From Mantamonas sphyraenae STR306 (lineage: Eukaryota > Protista > CRuMs), in contig JAPMXV010000052.1 of NCBI GenBank assembly GCA_026936335.1, forward strand, positions 248,001 to 312,000: a stretch of 64,000 bases of DNA, in the 5' to 3' direction. The notes below the pieces were generated by a model. That model worked only from the letters and a program-made list of their open reading frames with translations, searched no databases and had not been told where the DNA came from. The number at the start of each line of letters is the position of its first letter. The first letter of the stretch is position 1. Shown one piece after another: positions 48,201 through 60,144 of the stretch. Both the position numbers and the translations under genes were made by a program.

Positions 48201-50945
48201 CTTCCGCCTCAGTCTCCCCCTCGGCGCCTGCACCCAGCTCACCCATTGCGATAGTCAAGCAACGGGTGGCAGCTCGTGCCATGCCATTGGCCATCTCGCC
48301 AAACACGAGCATCAACGCGAAGAGCGGGTCGGCGACGGCGTCAGCAGGGGTGGGGATGTTGAGCGTACTTGGCTTGGGGGAAATGCCCAGTACACTGCGC
48401 AGATGACGCGTCTCGTCGCTGCGCAGGTCCGCACTTAGGTAAGCATGGATGTAGGCCTCCACATCGCTGGACTTGAGGTTGTCCAGGCCCTTGCCCGCAT
48501 CTTGTTTCTCCTCCTTCTCCTGAAGAACCGTCTGACACGCATCCGCAACCTCCATGCTGCGTGCTGACTCTTTGGTAGCCAGCATCCGCTGCTCCTCATC
48601 CACCCCAAGCTCGATTTGGGAAGCAAGCAGAGAATCACGGAGATACTGGCCCACAGCGTCCGCAACAGAGTCGTTTGCACAGCCAAACATGGACAACACG
48701 GTGCCATCCAGCTCCAATCGCAGCCGCACCTTGCGCAGGAACGCGTCCTGTTGCAGGCGTCCGTGCAGGGTCTTCACCACGCTGCGCCCAAGCCGTTCTT
48801 GCATCATTTTCTCCTCATCGTCGTCGTGGTCACCAGCAACCCGTGTAAGAGGGAGGCTACAAAGGAGTTTGCTCGGCTCCTCGCCGCCCCCCTCGCCGGT
48901 GCACAGTACAAGCTTCTCGTCAGGCACATCCGGCTCGTCCATGCACTGTTCCAACGTCGCCACCAAAGCTGCATCCGAGGTGTAGAGGGTCCTCACCCGT
49001 GCAACTCGCCGCCTCGCCGCCTTGCCTTTTTGCCAACCCTTGTACCCCCGAGGGTGCTTTCCACGCTTGTTCTTCGACACTCTGCCCGGCTGGACACACT
49101 GAACGATCCCTTGGGCGTCTGCGCCGTTGATGCCGCTCAGCATCGCCAAGTTGTCACCGAGTTCGAATACGACGCTTGAGGACTGCCTGAGGCACACCAG
49201 GTAGAAGTGGTCCTTCGATGCACCTGTGATCTCGCTTTGCAATTGCTCCAGGTCGTTGAAGTTGAAATACGACCCGAAATGGCAACGAGCAGTGACGAGG
49301 GAGGAAAGAGACCGCACGCCAGCTCCTCCACTGTTGACCAACGCCCACAGTGCAGCAAACTCGTCGTTTTTCATCGACTGGAGCTTGTCACTGCGTGGCT
49401 GTGCCAGCTGCGCCGCGTTGCCGCGGAGCCCCAGCTGTACTTGGGTAGCCAGGTTCTTGCTGGCGGCCAGGACTTTGTCATCGTCCGAAGCCGCCTGCAC
49501 ATGATCATCTAGCCATGTGTACGTGTTGTTGTGACGAAGATCCAGCATACTGTCGAGCCAGGAGGACATGGAGTTGGCTGTCGCCCGACCTGGAGGGCCT
49601 ATCTCCTGCGCTGCCCGCTTGGCGATGCCAAGAGGCATGCGCAGCCAGCCATGTGCACCATCACCCCGTCCAGCGTACAGGGCCACCTTGGCTGCGTAGC
49701 TTCGTGCTTTGTGGGAGGTCAGTGTGCCTTCCCCGGTGCTTGCATCAATGACCCCCAGAACACAGTCGCAGAGGGGCGCCTGCCAATACAGGTCGCTGTC
49801 AATGCCAATAGAGATGCCCAAGTGACCATTCTCTTTGCTCAACTGGGCATGTCGTGCATGAATTTGGTCGTCTGCAGAAACACCATCTTGCCAAAGAAGC
49901 TCCACGCCATGCACGTCCAGCACGTCCCACTCCTCCTTGAACATGTAGTACATGTCATCCTTCATGACGGGTCGGGTCTCCTGTGCATGTCGCTTGGTGC
50001 TGTGAGCCTGCGTCACGGTCCTGGTAGACCGCAAACCTCCACCCGCGCAACTCACCTTCTGGCTGGAGTTTTCAAAGCGTTTTAGGGCATCGAGGAGGTG
50101 CTGAGCTCGCTTGCCGTCGTCCCATGCGTGAGGCTCCCCCGGAAACAGCAGGCCGTGTGAGTCAAGGGCTATTTCAACCCGCCATTCGATGTCCAGGCCA
50201 CTTGAAAGCAGGGCGGAACGAAACGCAAGCAGGTAATCTCGCAGTTTCTTCACTGCCGCCTTCACTTTCCCCCTCTGCACCTTCGTTGTGGACGACAGCG
50301 GCAAAACCTGGAGTGCATAGTCTAATGGAGGCGTGAGTGGGAGTGATTGGTGTGAGCAGGGCTATTCTCTTGGCAACCACAGGCTTCGGACTTACACATC
50401 GCGCCCAAATCACAAAGGATTGTAACGGTTTGAAAGGTGTCAACGTCCAGGACCCGTTCCACCATCTTCACTACGTCCCACGCCAGCAGCTGGGCTGGGC
50501 GCATCTTGCCAATGACCACAAGCTCGTCCTCGGAAATCCCAAGAGCATGTGGTTGCGACGGCTCCAGTGTGTCGCTCAACTCTTGCACCAAATTCCTCAC
50601 GCTCGTCTTCTCCTGCCTTGCTCGCTTGCGCGGGTACACTTTGCTCCACTCGTCGTCTTCAGAGATGTACTCGTCGTCCAGTGTCTTGAACAAAACTAGA
50701 CCAAAGGGCACATCTTGCAAGAAGGTGATCCGGTTAAGATCGGCATAGCCGAAGACGACACCGGGTACACCGAGGCCACTCTTCACAAAGGCTCTCAGGG
50801 CACGACGATGGCGCCTGGATGGCTTGGAGTCCGGTTGTGACACCGACAGAGAGGAGCCCAAAGCGGCACCCCACCCTTCGTCCAACTCCATTTTGCTTGG
50901 CCCCATTGCGCAAACCTGATGGCAACAACGCCCGGCGGTGCCCAT
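45229..50945 (-). CDS. Giant PIN(FEN1/XPG-like)-Fanzor/TnpB-like RuvC fusion protein, copy 2 (~1,880 aa); exons 50945-50396 and 50321-45229
   Basis: GTAAGT...TAG phase-1 intron 50322-50395 joins ILCDLGAM to YYALQVLP. PIN motifs IALDSH, SADD, GIDSDL, H3TH-like LYAGRGDG. RuvC CSDPG (45921), IHVGG, RVNEFRTSK (45528), HGC/CPHC zinc ligands, QRDENSCLNF (45324), terminal RPAHL. Start could instead be 50906 or 50891. Confidence 0.85.
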
Positions 50946-51024
50946 GTGGGTCAAGGACGCAGGGCGACATCAACAAACTACCAGTCGTGGCAGAGGGTCG
51001 GGCAAGGCACTTCATTGGACAATG

Positions 51025-51720
51025 TATGGTCCCCATCCAGGACCAGGGCAAAGAGGGCGCGCCCAATCGAAAACAACTATATACTTGCCACGGGGGAAGC
51101 TCGAGAGGACATTGGAAGGATGTGCATCGCCGTGGGTGCATGTGGCAACACACATGGACAAGCAAGGGATCTACGGAAGCGGGGATGTGTGCACAGCAGA
51201 TATCGTGTACACGGCATTGGACACGGGCAAGAGTCGGAAGCTGGTGGTCCTGAATGGGTGCAACAGTGCATGGATGGCACAATCGATGGTGAAGAATGGC
51301 ATTGCACAGGTGGCAATTGGGCATGTGGATCGTGTGCAGGATGAAGCAGCGCGGAACTTTGCCGAGGCATTGTATGTGAAGCTGTTTGCACAAGAGGCGA
51401 ATGTGAGAAAGTCGTTTGAGCATGCTCGAAGCAAATGTGTCACAGCGGTGCTCTTTGGCTGCCCAGAGGCATTGGAACAGAACATCCACTGGGAAGATGT
51501 GAAGGGCAAGGCAAAGAGAGAGGTGGTGAGTGTCCCTGATGGATGGAATGGGGTGTCCGAGGACACACGGATGTCAAGCAGCGGCAGCAGCAGCAGCAGC
51601 GGTCAAGTTCTTCAGGAGACAACCCCAACACCTGAGCCACACCCACACGCAGTCAAGGTATGCAAATGGTCCCGAATGGTGACGATGGAAGTATCCAATG
51701 GCAACTCAGAGAAGCAATGA
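51025..51720 (+). CDS. 3' part of the interrupted gene: CHAT (caspase/HetF-like) protease domain
   Basis: WVHVATH, LVVLNGCNS, VQDEAARNFAEALYVKL, SFEHAR match the CHAT consensus with His/Cys dyad positions. Confidence 0.75.
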   Translation, partial: YGPHPGPGQRGRAQSKTTIYLPRGKLERTLEGCASPWVHVATHMDKQGIYGSGDVCTADIVYTALDTGKSRKLVVLNGCNSAWMAQSMVKNGIAQVAIGHVDRVQDEAARNFAEALYVKLFAQEANVRKSFEHARSKCVTAVLFGCPEALEQNIHWEDVKGKAKREVVSVPDGWNGVSEDTRMSSSGSSSSSGQVLQETTPTPEPHPHAVKVCKWSRMVTMEVSNGNSEKQ

Positions 51721-51939
51721 AGGAATCACTCCCCTCACACAAACTTGCCGCCACTCCCGCCCCCAAATCTCACCTCTCCCCGACCAACCCTCTCCCACTG
51801 ACCTCCTGACCTCCAGACCTCCACCCTAGCCCCACACCCCCACCTCTCTCCTCATCTCTCAGCACAACTCAGCACCCCACCTGTCCGCCGGCTCCCCCTG
51901 GCCCAAAAAAAACGCTCACCCCTCCACCTCCACCACATC

Positions 51940-52556
51940 ATGGGCTATTCCATCCGTGCAAAGAAAAAGAGGAAAGTCCGCACCCTGCGCCGCCAGGAGC
52001 TGCAAGAAAAGAAGCTCGAGGACGTCAAGAAGCTTGTAAAGCGCCTGCAGGTACAAAATCCGCCAGCCGCGCATTCCCCATCTGCCCGCCGCCACCATCC
52101 CATCCCGCGTCCTCTCTCTAACCACCCTCCCCCCTCCTCCGTCCCCTCCCCCCTCCCTGCACCGTGCCACCCCACAGGAGCACCGCGAAAAGGAAGAGCA
52201 AAAGACCGGCGTGGTCATGGGTACGCATTTCGGCCCGTCCCCCCCCCCCCTTCCCCCCCTCCCCCCCTTCCCCTCCGTGCTGACTCCCTCCGTCCCCCCA
52301 CACCCCCCTCCCGTCCCCCCACTCCCCAGCCGAAGGCGACCCAACCTCCTCCTCCTCCTCCACCTCGACAACAGCCGCCCGCCGTTCCACCCGCTCCACC
52401 GCGTCCACGTCCGACGATGCGGCCTCCTCCTCCACCATGGCCGAGGTCGCCAACAAGCTCTACCAACCCATGAGCGGCCGCCAATACAAAAAGAAGATCA
52501 AGGCCGCCAAGAAGCGCCGCATGCTCCGCAACGCACGCGGCAAGACGCTGCTCTGA
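51940..52556 (+). CDS. LLPH: LLP homolog-like small basic nucleolar protein; two introns (~52051-52178, ~52222-52329)
   Basis: MGYSIRAKKKRKVRTLRR N-terminus and YQPMSGRQYKKKIK C-terminus; GTAC...CAG introns. Confidence 0.6.
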
Positions 52557-52600
52557 ACAATGAACCCCAAAACCCCCCCCCCCATCCAAACTCCCCCATC

Positions 52601-54186
52601 ATGACCTCCCGCTTCGCCTCTGGCGAAACACAACCGGTTGAGAGCGACGACGGCAAAACAAAGCTCCAAGTGGTCCCTCTGGACCACCTGAAAGACTTTG
52701 TGGACGACCTGACGCCTCTCGAGGCCAAGCGTGTGCATCAGGATCGCCTGCACTCTTTCCGCCGCGACGACGAGTATGTCCAGAGCTGCATTGTGCACAA
52801 CACCGACCACATCTCCCGCAACAACCCAGGCAACAGCGACGCCTTTCTCCGCTCCGGTGCACGTGCCCACGTCTATTTCCGCCCGGAAGAGGTCCACGCG
52901 GCCATTGTCAACTGCGGCGGACTTTGCCCTGGCCTCAACTCGGTCCTGCGCGGCCTCGTCATGGCCCTCCTCGCCTACGGCGTCGAGCGCATCGACGGCA
53001 TTCGCTACGGCTACCGTGGCTTCTATGAGGACTACGAGCCCCTGGCCCTCGACGAAAAGGCCGTCATGAACATTCACAAGGAGGGCGGTTCCCTCCTCGG
53101 CTCCACCCGCGGCGGCTTTGACGCAGAGCGCATCATCGACGCCTGCGAACAACGCGGCTGGAACCAGTTGTACATTGTGGGCGGCGACGGCTCCCACAAG
53201 GCCGCCCACAAGCTCTTCCAGGTCGTCAAGGAGCGCAAGCTCAAGATCACCGTCATTGGCATCCCCAAGACCATCGACAACGACATCAGCGTCATCGACA
53301 AGTCCTTTGGCTTTGACACCGCCGTCGAGGCCGCCGCCGAGGTGAGTGTCCGTCCGAGCGAGTGAGCACCGGGCGCCGGGAGATCGCACCGACTAACCCC
53401 CCCCCTCCACCCCCCTCCTTCTCCTTTTCCCAGGCCATCGAATGCGCCTACACAGAAGCAACCTCCACTCTGAACGGAATTGGCATTGTGAAGCTCATGG
53501 GCCGGCAGAGCGGCTTTGTGGCGCGCAATGCCACGCTGAGCAGCGGCCACGTCGACGTGTGCCTGATCCCCGAGGTCGACTTTGACGTGGACAAGGTCCT
53601 TGCGCACGTCGAGTCTGTGCTCCACGACAAGCACCACGCCGTCGTGGTCATTGCCGAGGGCGCTGGCGACCAGAGCGGCGAGTACGACGCCAGCGGCAAC
53701 CCCATCCTCACCGATGTCGGCGTCCTCCTCAAGAAGCAGGTCGGCGACTACTTCAACGCCAAGGGCATGGCCCACAAGGCCATCTACATCGACCCCTCCT
53801 ACATGATCCGCTCCATCAAGGCCAACAGCAACGACCACCAGCTCTGTTCCATGCTTGCCACCGACGCCGTCCACGCCGCCATGTGTGGCTTTACCAACTG
53901 CTGCGTCGGCACCGTCCACAGTTACTACGTCCTCATCCCCATCGACGTCGTCGTCGCCTCCACTCGTGTTGTCAAGGAAAAGGGGAGTATGTGGACCCGC
54001 GTCCTCGAGGTCACCCAGCAGCCCGACTTTCGCGCCACCGCCACCGCCAACGACGAACCCGAATCCGAACCTCAAGTCCAAATCCAAGCCGAAGCCGAAG
54101 CCGAAGCCGAAGCCGAAGCCGAAGCCGAACCCATCCCAGACTCCACCTCCACCTCCACCACCACCTCCACCTCCTCCCCACAGTAA
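52601..54186 (+). CDS. PFK: ATP-dependent 6-phosphofructokinase (plant/trypanosomatid-type, PPi-PFK-related clade); intron 53342-53433
   Basis: CGGLCPGLNSV, GGSLLGSTRG, GGDGS, PKTIDND, SFGFDTAVE, KLMGRQSG, YIDPSYMIRS. Confidence 0.93.
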
Positions 54187-54285
54187 ACCAACCCACACCC
54201 TGCCCACCCTCCCCACCCTCCATCTGAGCAGCCACTCCACACAATCATCACCCCACCCAACCCCACCCAACCCTTCTTCCCCGCA

Positions 54286-56881
54286 ATGGCCACGGAGAAA
54301 CTCCTCCTCCAAGCCCCTCGCCTCGACCGGGAAGAGGACGACAAGCACCTCTTTGCACGCCAGGTGTATGCCATGGCACGCAAGTTTCCTCTCATGATGG
54401 TGCGCTGCCCGCCGCCGATTCTGATTTCCCACCGCCCCTTTCCCAAACTCCCCACCCCCCCTAACCCACCCTTCCCCCCACCCCCCAGCTCCGAAACAAA
54501 GGCTACATCATCGCCGCCATCCTCGTCCCTTTTGTCTTCATTGGCATCTCCTACGTGATGAGCAGCGTGATTGCGTCGAGCATCAACCTGGGCGCCGACC
54601 CGACCACATCCAGCACGACCGTCCCTCTGAACGTGCCCGCCCTGTACAACGCCACCCTCACAGACATCTTTCCATACCTGCGCAACACCACGGGCGGCAC
54701 TGCCATCGACGACGCGGCATTCACCGCCCTGCAGAACGCCATGGCCGCACAGTTTCCCGCGGGCCAGGCCGACCTGTCCAAGTGGCGCTCGTTTGCCGAC
54801 GTCTCTGCGCTGCAGGACACGCTGGGCAGCCGCAACAACAAGCTAAAGGCCCAGTTTGGCCTTGCCCTGCGCCAACTGGCCAACGTCAATGCCTCGCAGG
54901 CCCTCGTGTCCACCTCGCTCATCGTCAACGCCAGCCTGGGCGCCTTTGCCTCGGGCGCCTGGGCAAACGCACTGCACACAGCCGTCACCCGCGAGTACGG
55001 CGGTGCCAGCGGCAGCAGTGCCTTTACGCTGGCCGAGCTTGTCCTGTATGGCCTGCAGGACAACGACAGCCAGCGCAGGGACATCTTTGCCACGCTCGTC
55101 GCCTCCATCATGCCTCCGTTTGTCACCTTTGGCATCATGTTCATGGTGCCCTTTTTCTCCTCCAGCTCTGTCGAGGACCGTGCCAAGGGCCGCTACGAGC
55201 ATCTGCTCCTTGCTGGCATGCACCCGCGGGCCTACCGCCTCGGCATGTTTGTCGGCGACGCCAGCACGGGTCTCTTTACGGCCACGGCCATCATGGGCCT
55301 CCTCTACGCCCTCGCCTACCCGCCCCTCGTCCAGAGTGTCCCTGGCCTCCATTGGATCACCATGTACCTGGGCATGGTTGTCGTCGTCACCTTTTCCTAC
55401 GTCCTCTCCATGCCCTTCAAGTCGTCGGAGAACGCAGGCAACGTGCTGGGCTTTGGCAGTTCCATCATTGTCTTCATCCCCTACTTTATCGTCTCGATGG
55501 CCTTCCAGAACAACGTCCCCGAAGCCGTTTCCTACGTCCTCGCCCTCCTGACCCCGTCCTACGGCATCATGCGCGTCCTGCAACAGGCTGCCTCGGGCGT
55601 GGCCGACGGCCAGCCTCTCGACACCTGGGACAAGGCCATGCGCTCGGGCGACTCTCTCATTCCCATCTCCTGGGCCATCATGGCCGCCCAGGCCGTCCTC
55701 TACTACCTCGCCACCATGGCTGTCGAGGAGGGCTGGCTGCGACGCGACACCGATGCCCACGTCGACGACTCACTCTACCAAACCGCCCTCCAGGAGCACG
55801 CAGGCGCCTGGCAGGCCGACGACGACGGCGTCGCACACATGTTTGACGACGCCGCCGCGGCCGACCTTGCCGTCGACGCACGCGGCGTAGGCGTCGCCTT
55901 TCACGCCCCCGAGGCCAGCGGCGACAAGACCATCCTTGCTCTCCGTGCTTTTGGCCTTGCCGTGCGCCGCGGCGAGGTCCTTTCCCTCCTGGGGCCCAAC
56001 GGCGCCGGCAAATCCACGTTCATCAAAACGCTCACGGGCGAGCAGCCGCCCACGCCGGCGAGATGCGCGTCCTGGGCGAGCGTGTCGACACAGAGAGTGG
56101 CCGCCGACGCCTGCGTGGCCAGCTGGGCTATGTGCCCCAGTTCAATGTCCTCTTTGACACCCTCACCGTCGCCGACAACATCGACATGTGGTGTCTCGTG
56201 CGCGGCCTCAGCCCAACCGAGCGCACCCAAACCATGGACTTTGTCCTCGAGCAGCTTGGCGACCTGCGTCGCTTCCGTGACGAGCCCGTCAAGAGTCTCA
56301 GCGGAGGCAACCAGCGCAAGGTCCAGCTTGCCCTGGCCATCGTCGGCAACCCGGCCCTCCTCGTCCTCGACGAGCCCACCACGGGCATGGACCCGGCCAC
56401 AAAGCGCTCCATCTGGCGTGTCGTCCGCTCCATGTGCAGAGTCGGCGGCGCCACCGTCCTCATGACCACCCACTCCATGGAAGAGGCCGAGGCCCTCAGC
56501 GACCACATTGCCGTCAACATCGGCGGCCACCTCCAAGTCTACGGCCAGGCCTGGGAGCTCAAGCGCCGCTACGCCGTCGGCACCTCTGTCCACCTCAGTG
56601 TCGGCCGTGCCGAAGAGGAGCGTGGCGACATTGCCGACCAGCTCCGCACCACTCTCCACGCCATGCTTGCCGACAACGACCGCGACGACGGCATCATCGA
56701 GGTCGAGGCCGCAAACGGCGTCGTCCGCGCCACCGTCATGGACCCCGAGGTCAGTGCCAAGGATGTCCTTGCACGCCTCGAGCAGTTTGAAAACCGTGTC
56801 GAAAAGTTCACCGTGACCCCCACCACCCTCGAGCAGGTCTTTCTCAGCCTTGTCCGCCGCGCCAACCACCACGAGCCGTAG
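54286..56881 (+). CDS. ABCA-family half-transporter; intron ~54400-54489, frameshift at ~56055
   Basis: TM domain, GPNGAGKST, LSGGNQRK, LDEPTTGMDP, TTHSMEEAEAL. Confidence 0.9.
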
Positions 56882-56976
56882 TGGATTGCTCTGCTCACAT
56901 GTATAATGAAATCGGAGCCAGCCAACAGCCAACCCCCACCCACCCACCCAACCGAATCCGCCCCGCTTTCCCGCAC

Positions 56977-57470
56977 ATGTCAGAAAACATCAACATCCAA
57001 ACACCAGACTACACGGGAATCGATGAATCCGCATTTGCCCACATGTCCCCTGAGGAACAACAGGTCGTCATGGGCCAGCTAGAAGACCACCAGCGCTCCT
57101 CCTACATCACCTCCTACAACGAGCTCGTCGACAGGTGTTTCAACGTCTGCGTCAACTCCTTTGCCATCACCTCCAAGGTACCTCATCCCATCTCCCCTCC
57201 TCCGCCCCCATCCCCACCTCTCCACCTCTCCACCTCCCCCCACCCGTCCCCAGTGGCCCCCGTTTCGCGGTGCATGGAATTTCCTAACCCGATCCCCCGT
57301 CCCCGCCCCCCCCCCCACAGCTCAGCACCGCCGAAGAAAAGTGCGTCGAATCATGCGTCGACAAGATGCAACAAGCCACACAACGCGTCATGACAAAATT
57401 CATGGAACGCCAGTACATTGACCAACAGCGCGCCGCCTCCTCGTCCTCCACCTCCTCCACCCCGTCATAA
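56977..57470 (+). CDS. TIM9: Mitochondrial small Tim chaperone (Tim9-like); intron 57178-57320
   Basis: YNELVDRCFNVCVNSF..SK|LSTAEEKCVESCVDK twin CX3C motif. Confidence 0.85.
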
Positions 57471-59970
57471 ATCCCCGTGTCCAATCCCCCGATGTGCAAG
57501 TGACAAAAACACGTCCTCCAACGACGTGGTGAGCAAAATAACCCCACGCACCCCGTCCACGCTCTCCACCTCGCCCACACACTTGCCCACACTGCCCAGC
57601 GACACTCTCTCCGTCGCCGGAAACCGCACGTCCAACACATCCTCCCCGGCATCATCTGCATCGTCGTCGTTCGCCTCCACAGCCTCCATGCCCTCCACAC
57701 ACCGCCGTGCCGCCTCCAGCACCTGCTCCCTCCTCTCCGCCCCGCCGTACACACGCAGCCGCATCCCCACCCCAAAGTGTGTCTTGAGAAACGTCGGCGT
57801 GCCCAGCGTCAGCAGCCTGCCCGAGCTCACAATCCCAATCACGTTGGACAGGTGGTCCGCCTCCTCCATCGAGTGCGTCGTCAAAATCACCGCCTTGCCC
57901 GCGTCCCGCTGGTCCTCAATCACACGCCACACGCTCGACCGCGACTCTGGATCCAGACCCGTCGTTGGCTCGTCCAGCACCAGGATTTCTGTGCTCTGCA
58001 CAATCGCAATCGCAATCGACACCCGCCGCTTTTCGCCTCCGCTCAAATCCTTCACCCGCCGGTGTTGCTTCTCGTGCAGTCCGATCCGCTGCAGCAGCTC
58101 GTCCACCTTGCCAGCCTCCACCTTGGCCAACCCTGCGTACACGTCCACGTTCTCCCGCGCCGTCATCAGTTCAAACAGCGTGTCAAACTGCGGACACACT
58201 CCAATCTGCCGCGACACCGCCTCCCGTTCCCTGTGGATGCTCGACCCCAACACGCGGATGTCTCCCGACGTCAGCTGTTCCGCGCCCAGCAGACACTTGA
58301 ACAGCGTCGTCTTGCCCGCCCCGTTGTGGCCCAACACAGTCGTCACCTGGCCCTTTTCCGCACGCAGCGACACCCCAGCCACTGCCACTGTGCTGCCCTT
58401 GCCCACCTCGATCTGCGACTCTTCCATACTGTGCGATCCGTACACCTTGAACACGTTGTCAAACTCCACCGCGGCGGTCTCCTCCTGCCGCAGCTCCGGA
58501 TCCACGTCTGCCGTCACTCCCTTTAGCTCCTCCAGCTTCTCTGCCACGGTTTCGCTCGTGCTGTGCAGCCACACGCCCGTCCACTCGCGCTCGTCCGCCA
58601 CTCGGTTGCTCGACGCCGAGCTACGCCACAAAAAGTCCCACGCCTTGGACGGCCCGCAGCCCTCCTGCGGCAGCACCATGTTCAGGTACACCGCCACCAC
58701 AGACCACACCACCACGTCCAACGCAATGAACCCGACACACGCAGCAGGCGACACATGCGCGTCAAACACCTCGCTCGACGCATTGGCCCACGTCAGCGCA
58801 CGCCGCTCCAGCTCCGTGTTTGCTCATCAGCTGCACCAGCCGCCCAAACGCCACGTGCGGCAACAGAAGCGCCACACGCAGCGCATCCGCACTTGGCGCC
58901 TCTGCGTCAAAGCCCAGATAGTTCAGCAGGCCAAACACCGTCAGCAGCAAGACGGTGCTCAGGTCGCCCAGCGTCTGCGAGTTTTGCTTCTTCGGCGCCA
59001 GCAACGACAGCAGCAGCGCAAGCGGAATCTGCGCAAGGGCAAACAAAAACATGGCCACCAGGAACAGCGTCGTGTCTGTGTACGAAAACAACCGGGACGG
59101 ACCCACAATCGCCGCAATCAGCCCCACCGTCAGCAGCATCTGGCCCGCCGCCACAATGCACAGCGACCCCAGATACAGCGGGAACGACACGCCCATCGTC
59201 TGCAGCAGCAGCCGCGTTCCGTTCTCCTTGTCCACCGCAAGCATCGTCAGCAGCGTCTTGAGCAGTGACGAAAACGCAAACCCAAAGTAGTACGGGTACA
59301 TAAACGCCACCGAGTTCACCAGCGGCTCCGGCATCTCCAGGTAGTCCGTCTCGATGCGTGCTCCGTCGCTCAGGCCCGTCCTGTTGCGCCTCACGTTCAG
59401 CAGCGCCGTGTCCAGCTGCTGCTGCAGTTTCAGCACGCCCGTTCGCACCAGCGGCGCCGACCGCCCAAACACCTGCGACGAATTGACCAGCATCCGGTAC
59501 GCCACAAACGGATGCAGCGGCAGCCTCGGCACACCCGGGATCTCCAGCAGCGACAGGTTGCGAAACACAACCCCAAGGCCCACCTGCCTTGGGTTTGCGT
59601 CAATGTGCGCCTGAAGCGCAACCTGCGATGGGAAAACCTGTGTCTTCAGCGCCCTGCCACCAGGACCGCCCTGTGCACGCACATAACCCATCACCTCCTC
59701 CACCAGCTGCGAGTTGTTTGCTCCGCTGTACTCGGGTGCATACGCCACGTCCAAGCACGACCCGCCGCTTCCTTGGCACCCTTCCCCCAACGTCGCGTTC
59801 ACCGCCCCGAGTTCAGTCCGCTGCGGCAGCGACACACGCCCCACCGTCGTCCCCAACACAACCATAATCACAACCATAAACAGGGGCTGAATCAGCTCCA
59901 TCGCCGTGTCCCCCCTGTTCCGCACCTTCAGCAACGCCGATTTTTTCGTCAGAATCCCCAATGCGCTCAT
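57465..59970 (-). CDS. Second ABCA-family half-transporter; frameshift at ~58780
   Basis: GHNGAGKTT, IGVCPQFD, LSGGEKRR, LDEPTTGLDP, TTHSMEEAD; N-terminal ABCA-type TM and ectodomain. Confidence 0.9.
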
Positions 59971-60144
59971 CCTGCTAATGTGATGTTTCTACTTATATAT
60001 TTCGTTTTCACGACACCGGAGTTCCCTAGCACCGACAAACCACACAGAGCTTTTCTTGGCCGTTCCCGCGCTTCCGCTCTGATCCCCTTGGAGCACCTTG
60101 CCGAGGCAACCGAGGAGAAGGACAGCGTGACCAATCAACCGGCC

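Larger units (their letters stand above)
45078..51024 (-). mobile_element. 5,947-bp PIN-Fanzor element with a TA target-site duplication (TA at 45076-45077 and 51025-51026)
   Basis: Removing it and one TA gives in-frame GTG GCG TAT GGT CCC (ERVAYGPH...), joining the two halves of a CHAT domain. Minus-strand ends CATTGTCC...GGACAG; 5' flank reads CATA. Confidence 0.75.
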
